From Vicugna vicugna (Eukaryota), in assembly GCA_013265495.1 (NCBI GenBank), contig MU058636.1, forward strand, positions 1,488,001 through 1,552,000: DNA of 64,000 nt. The letters run 5' to 3'. Within the stretch, counting starts at the first letter, position 1; every line of letters begins with the position of its first letter. Made by a program: the position numbers and the translations under genes. Under the pieces are notes generated by a model. The model was given only the letters and a program-made list of their open reading frames with translations, searched no databases and had not been told where the DNA came from. Below, in pieces: positions 60,620-64,000 of the stretch.

Positions 60620-61070
60620 CTCATTGGAGAAGATGGCAAGGAGCAACCGTGGTAGTGGTCACCCTGTTAGACTGGTGAGGGGGGAAGGAGTCCAGGGTTG
60701 TCCTATCATGCAGACAGGGACAGTGCTTTGGGTGGAGAAGGCGGGAGAGGGTCGGGGGAAGAGTACTTGACTGTGGAGAAACCTGACACACTAGTGGTCG
60801 TAAATCGTGTTGACAGTGGGTACCCCTATGTGACATGTGGGGAGCTGCACGTGACGCTCTTCCTCCCCCAAAGCCATAATCCCAGTGAGAAAAAACAGCA
60901 GACAAACGCCAGTAGAGGGAAGCCCTCAACACCCCCGACTTCAGCACCGTCAAGACCCTCATAAACCAGGAAGGTGTGAGCACGTGGCACAGGGAGCATC
61001 TAAGGAGACATGACAGCTAGTTGGCATGTGGTGCCCTGGGTGGGACCCTGGGAAAAGGACACTAGGCCGA
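60620..61070 (+). mobile_element. L1MC/MD-type 3' UTR fragment
   Basis: GTGGAGAAACCTGACA, CCATAATCCCAGT, GGAGACATGACAGCT...CCCTGGGTGGGACCCTGG...AAAGGACA. Confidence 0.6.
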
Positions 61071-61120
61071 GTCTCCCTCTGGAGTAAGCCTGGGCACTTC
61101 AGAAGGCAGACTCTGGTGCT

Positions 61121-61940
61121 TATTTTTTAATCGAAGTGCTCCCCGTGTGCAGCAAAGGCTCAGCTTCACACAGACACATTGTTTCAGATTCCTTCCCATT
61201 ATAGGTCACTCCCTGTGCTCTACAGGAGGACCCTGTTTATCTGTTTTATATACAGTAGTTTGTTAATCCCAAACTCCTAATTTATCCCTCCTCCTTTTTC
61301 CCCTTTGGTAACCTTGTGTTTTCTATGTCTGTGAGTCTATTTTGTAAGTAAGTTCATTTGTATTATTTTTTGATTCCACATACAAATGTAATTTATAAAT
61401 TCCGCATATAAATTTGTCTTTCTCTGCCTGACTTACTTCGCTTAGATGGACCTAGAGATTATCATACCATGTTGCTGCAGATGGCATTACTTCATTATTT
61501 TTATGGCTGAGTAGTACTCCATTGTGTATATATACCACATCTTTTATCCAGTCATCTGTCAGTGGACATTTAGGTTGCTTCCACGTCTTCTGGCTGTTGT
61601 AAATAGTGCTGCTGTGAACACTGGGGTGCATGTACATTTTCAAATTAAGAGTTTCCTCCAGATGTATGTCCAGGAGTGGGAGTGCAGGATCATACAGTAA
61701 CTATTAGTTTTTTAGCGAATCTCCGTCCTGTTCTCCATCGTGGCTGTGACAGTTTACATCCCCACCAACAGTGTAGGAGGGCTCCCTTTTCTCCATACCC
61801 TCGCTAGCATTTATTATTTGTGGACTTTTTGATGATGACCATTCTGACCAGTGTGAAGTGGTACCTCATTGTAGTTCTGCTTTGCATCTGTCTCATAATT
61901 AGCAACACTGAACATCTTTTCATGTGCCTGATGGCCATCC
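61121..61940 (-). mobile_element. 5'-truncated L1 (camelid type)
   Basis: ORF ...TWKQPKCPLTDDWIKDVVYIHNGVLLSHKNNEVMPSAATW and the 3' UTR phrase TTCTATGTCTGTGAGTCT. Confidence 0.9.
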
Positions 61941-62059
61941 ATATCAGACTCTGATACTGTGTCTAGTTTTAAACACTGCTAAACAGCAGTAATCAGATGT
62001 CTACCTGACAAATTTTCTAGTGCATATCTGTGCATAAAAATACAATTTAATAAATCTTT

Positions 62060-62700
62060 TAGAAAAGGAGTGCTTGCCCTGAGAGATTGACAAAGATTTC
62101 TCAAAGAGGTGATGTCACTTGAGCCAAGTAAGCCCACACAGACTCAGGGCAGGGGGTGGGTAGAAAAGAGAAAGTGAGGCTAGGGGCTAGGCAGGGGCCG
62201 GGTCATGAATGGCGGTGCCTAACCATTGTGCAGATGACACAGGGCCACTGAGGACTTGCAAACAGGGTGAGGACTGATCCGTGATGACCAGGGCTGGGGT
62301 TTAAAAACGCTCCCCTGATGGCACGAGAGTCTGGACTGAAAGAGTGGAAGTGGGCAGGTGCTTGGGAAGGCGCATCTCAGTCTTGGAGGACTGAGGCTTC
62401 AGTGCCTGAAAGCAGCAGGATGCTCAGTCTGCAGACCTAGGGCATCAGTGGTATTCAGACGTGCAAGGTGGCAATCCAAGATGGTCCTTAAAACTATGAC
62501 AGTAAATGGGGGACCGGGGCCTGCTGACATCCACCACGAGGGGCAGGATTCTCTTCAGAGGGGGGAGGAGAGGCAGGACCTGGGGTGTGAGGTGCGTGGC
62601 GGAGGGGAGGGAGGGTAAGGGGGCTGCAGAGCCATCGAAAGCCTGACTGGGGTCGGACCAGAGGCCTTGGTTTGAGTTTAATTTACTAGGAAATTGGGAG
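62060..62700 (-). mobile_element. LINE-2 fragment
   Basis: G-rich reverse-L2 phrases (GAGGTGATGTCACTTGAGC, GGGCCACTGAGGACTTGCAAACAGGG, TTTAAAAACGCTCCCCTG). Approximate. Confidence 0.55.
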
Positions 62701-63185
62701 CTAACATTTAATTCAGAACAATTTGTTTCCACACAGGGAGTGAGCAAAGCTCCGTAAGAATAGAAACCACAGCGTCAGGACTGCCTGGGAGGTGCTGTAA
62801 AAGCAGTGGCGAGGAAACCAGGCCTGTCATCCAGCGGAAATGCCCAGTGAGCCCCTCAGGTGACTTAGAGCTTTCTGGCAACCACGCTAAAAAGGTAAAA
62901 AGAAACCGGTGACATTAACTCTAATAAATTTAAATAGTCCAGTGTATCCAAGGTGTTTAGCATCTCAAAACGTGGTACTTGGTCACACTTGGAGTGCTCA
63001 GGGGCCCCGTCTGGCAGTCCTGAAGAGGCAGACAGTCCCAGTTGGGAGGGATCACGTGCCCTGTGCCTTCAGGAACGAGGACGAGGAGACGGGCTCCAAG
63101 CTTGGGCTGCTGTAACGAGGCCACAGACAAAAGTAAGGACCACAGCTAAGTCAGCATCTGCTGTGCAAGAAGAGACAGTGTCGCT

Positions 63186-64000
63186 CTTGGGGAAAGGAGG
63201 GCTTTTATTTCCATCCTAAATGATGATCACACCGTTACTTAAATACATCTGAAAAGGTCCTGAAGTAACTTAAACTGAAGGCACAGAACAAATCAAAATA
63301 TTTAACTGAGCTTAAAACGAGAGAATTCAAATATTTCGACAGTAACAATGAATTATGAACAAGTTTCCATCACCAAATATTCTGACCAAAAGCTATAGTC
63401 TTTAATAAAAACCAAATTAGCTTAAGCTGATTAAGATTTCCATGATAAAAATGAAAGGTCATCTTTCAAAATCCTCATTATACCACCAGGTTCACTGTAA
63501 GCATTGTATTTATAACCAAGCGGTAGTTAGCATATTTGCTGATGGATGGTCACTCCCCAAGAATGATGCATTCTTACAAAATTTTTAAGACAAAAGCAAA
63601 GTGGATTGCAAAATTCTATTGGGGAGCAGGAAAAAAAAGTTGTTCATGTCAATTAGATTAACAAAGTATTTCAATATCAAATTGCTTCAAAAGCCAGTCA
63701 TCATATAACAGTAATGTACTGCACGGGCATTCCACTGTGTCTTGGTTAACTGTTGACCATACAGTGTGGCTCAGGGTTCGAATAAGTCAGTAACGATTAT
63801 TTTGCCATTTCTTAGTCAAAAGAGATAGGTTTAAAAAAAAAAATCACTGAAAATAACTGGAATAATCTGTAACAAGCTGTAGCTACAGTAAACCCCAGCA
63901 ATGCAATTGCTGAGTTTTAAAGTGGTCAGGCTTCATGATACACTAGTATTTTGAAATACATTCTCTGATGAACACCACTAATTACAGAGGTCAGTTGAAA
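63186..64000 (-). other. Terminal 3' UTR of a minus-strand gene extending beyond the right edge (LNX2 by synteny if the left gene is MTIF3; not recognised directly)
   Basis: Abrupt switch to AT-rich sequence with no recognisable repeats, U-rich on the minus strand, ending in a complete poly(A) signal set. Confidence 0.6.
63204..63209 (-). terminator. Polyadenylation signal AATAAA
   Basis: TTTATT on the plus strand. On the minus strand there is an upstream UGUA (63244-63247), a downstream GU/U-rich element (TGTCTCTTCTTG, ~63166-63177), and an alternative ATTAAA at 63401-63406. Confidence 0.65.

Noticed and set aside
63733..63766. Hairpin in the 3' UTR (possible IRE or miRNA)
   Set aside because: On the transcribed minus strand the stem has a C-A mismatch and a bulge, the loop is not CAGUGN, and it is too short for a pre-miRNA.

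Overview
This window is mammalian genomic DNA, almost certainly camelid (Camelus/Vicugna/Lama), because it carries eight copies of the tRNA-Ala-derived Vic-1-type SINE. It is mostly intergenic, between two minus-strand genes. On the left are a CpG-island promoter (~8.5-9.35 kb) and candidate 5' exons of a gene running off the left edge, tentatively MTIF3. On the right is the terminal 3' UTR and poly(A) site (~63.2-64 kb) of a gene entering from the right edge, LNX2 by synteny if the MTIF3 call holds. No complete protein-coding gene is visible. The only ORF-track entries I recognise are a decayed processed RPL26 pseudogene (39.7-40.2 kb, minus) and fragments of a full-length but dead LINE-1 (53.15-58.95 kb, minus, with target-site duplication). 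The rest is transposon debris (L1, L2, MIR, MLT1, an ERV1 solo LTR, MER2B, Tigger5/MER47, MER94), three orphan CpG-rich islands, a near-consensus CTCF site, a perfect RFX X-box, and several repeat-free blocks dense in TAAT/SOX motifs that look like developmental enhancers. I found no convincing new biological system. The findings are modest regulatory and genome-evolution observations. Repeat family names and gene identities come from recalled consensus sequences, not database searches, and boundaries of old repeats are approximate.
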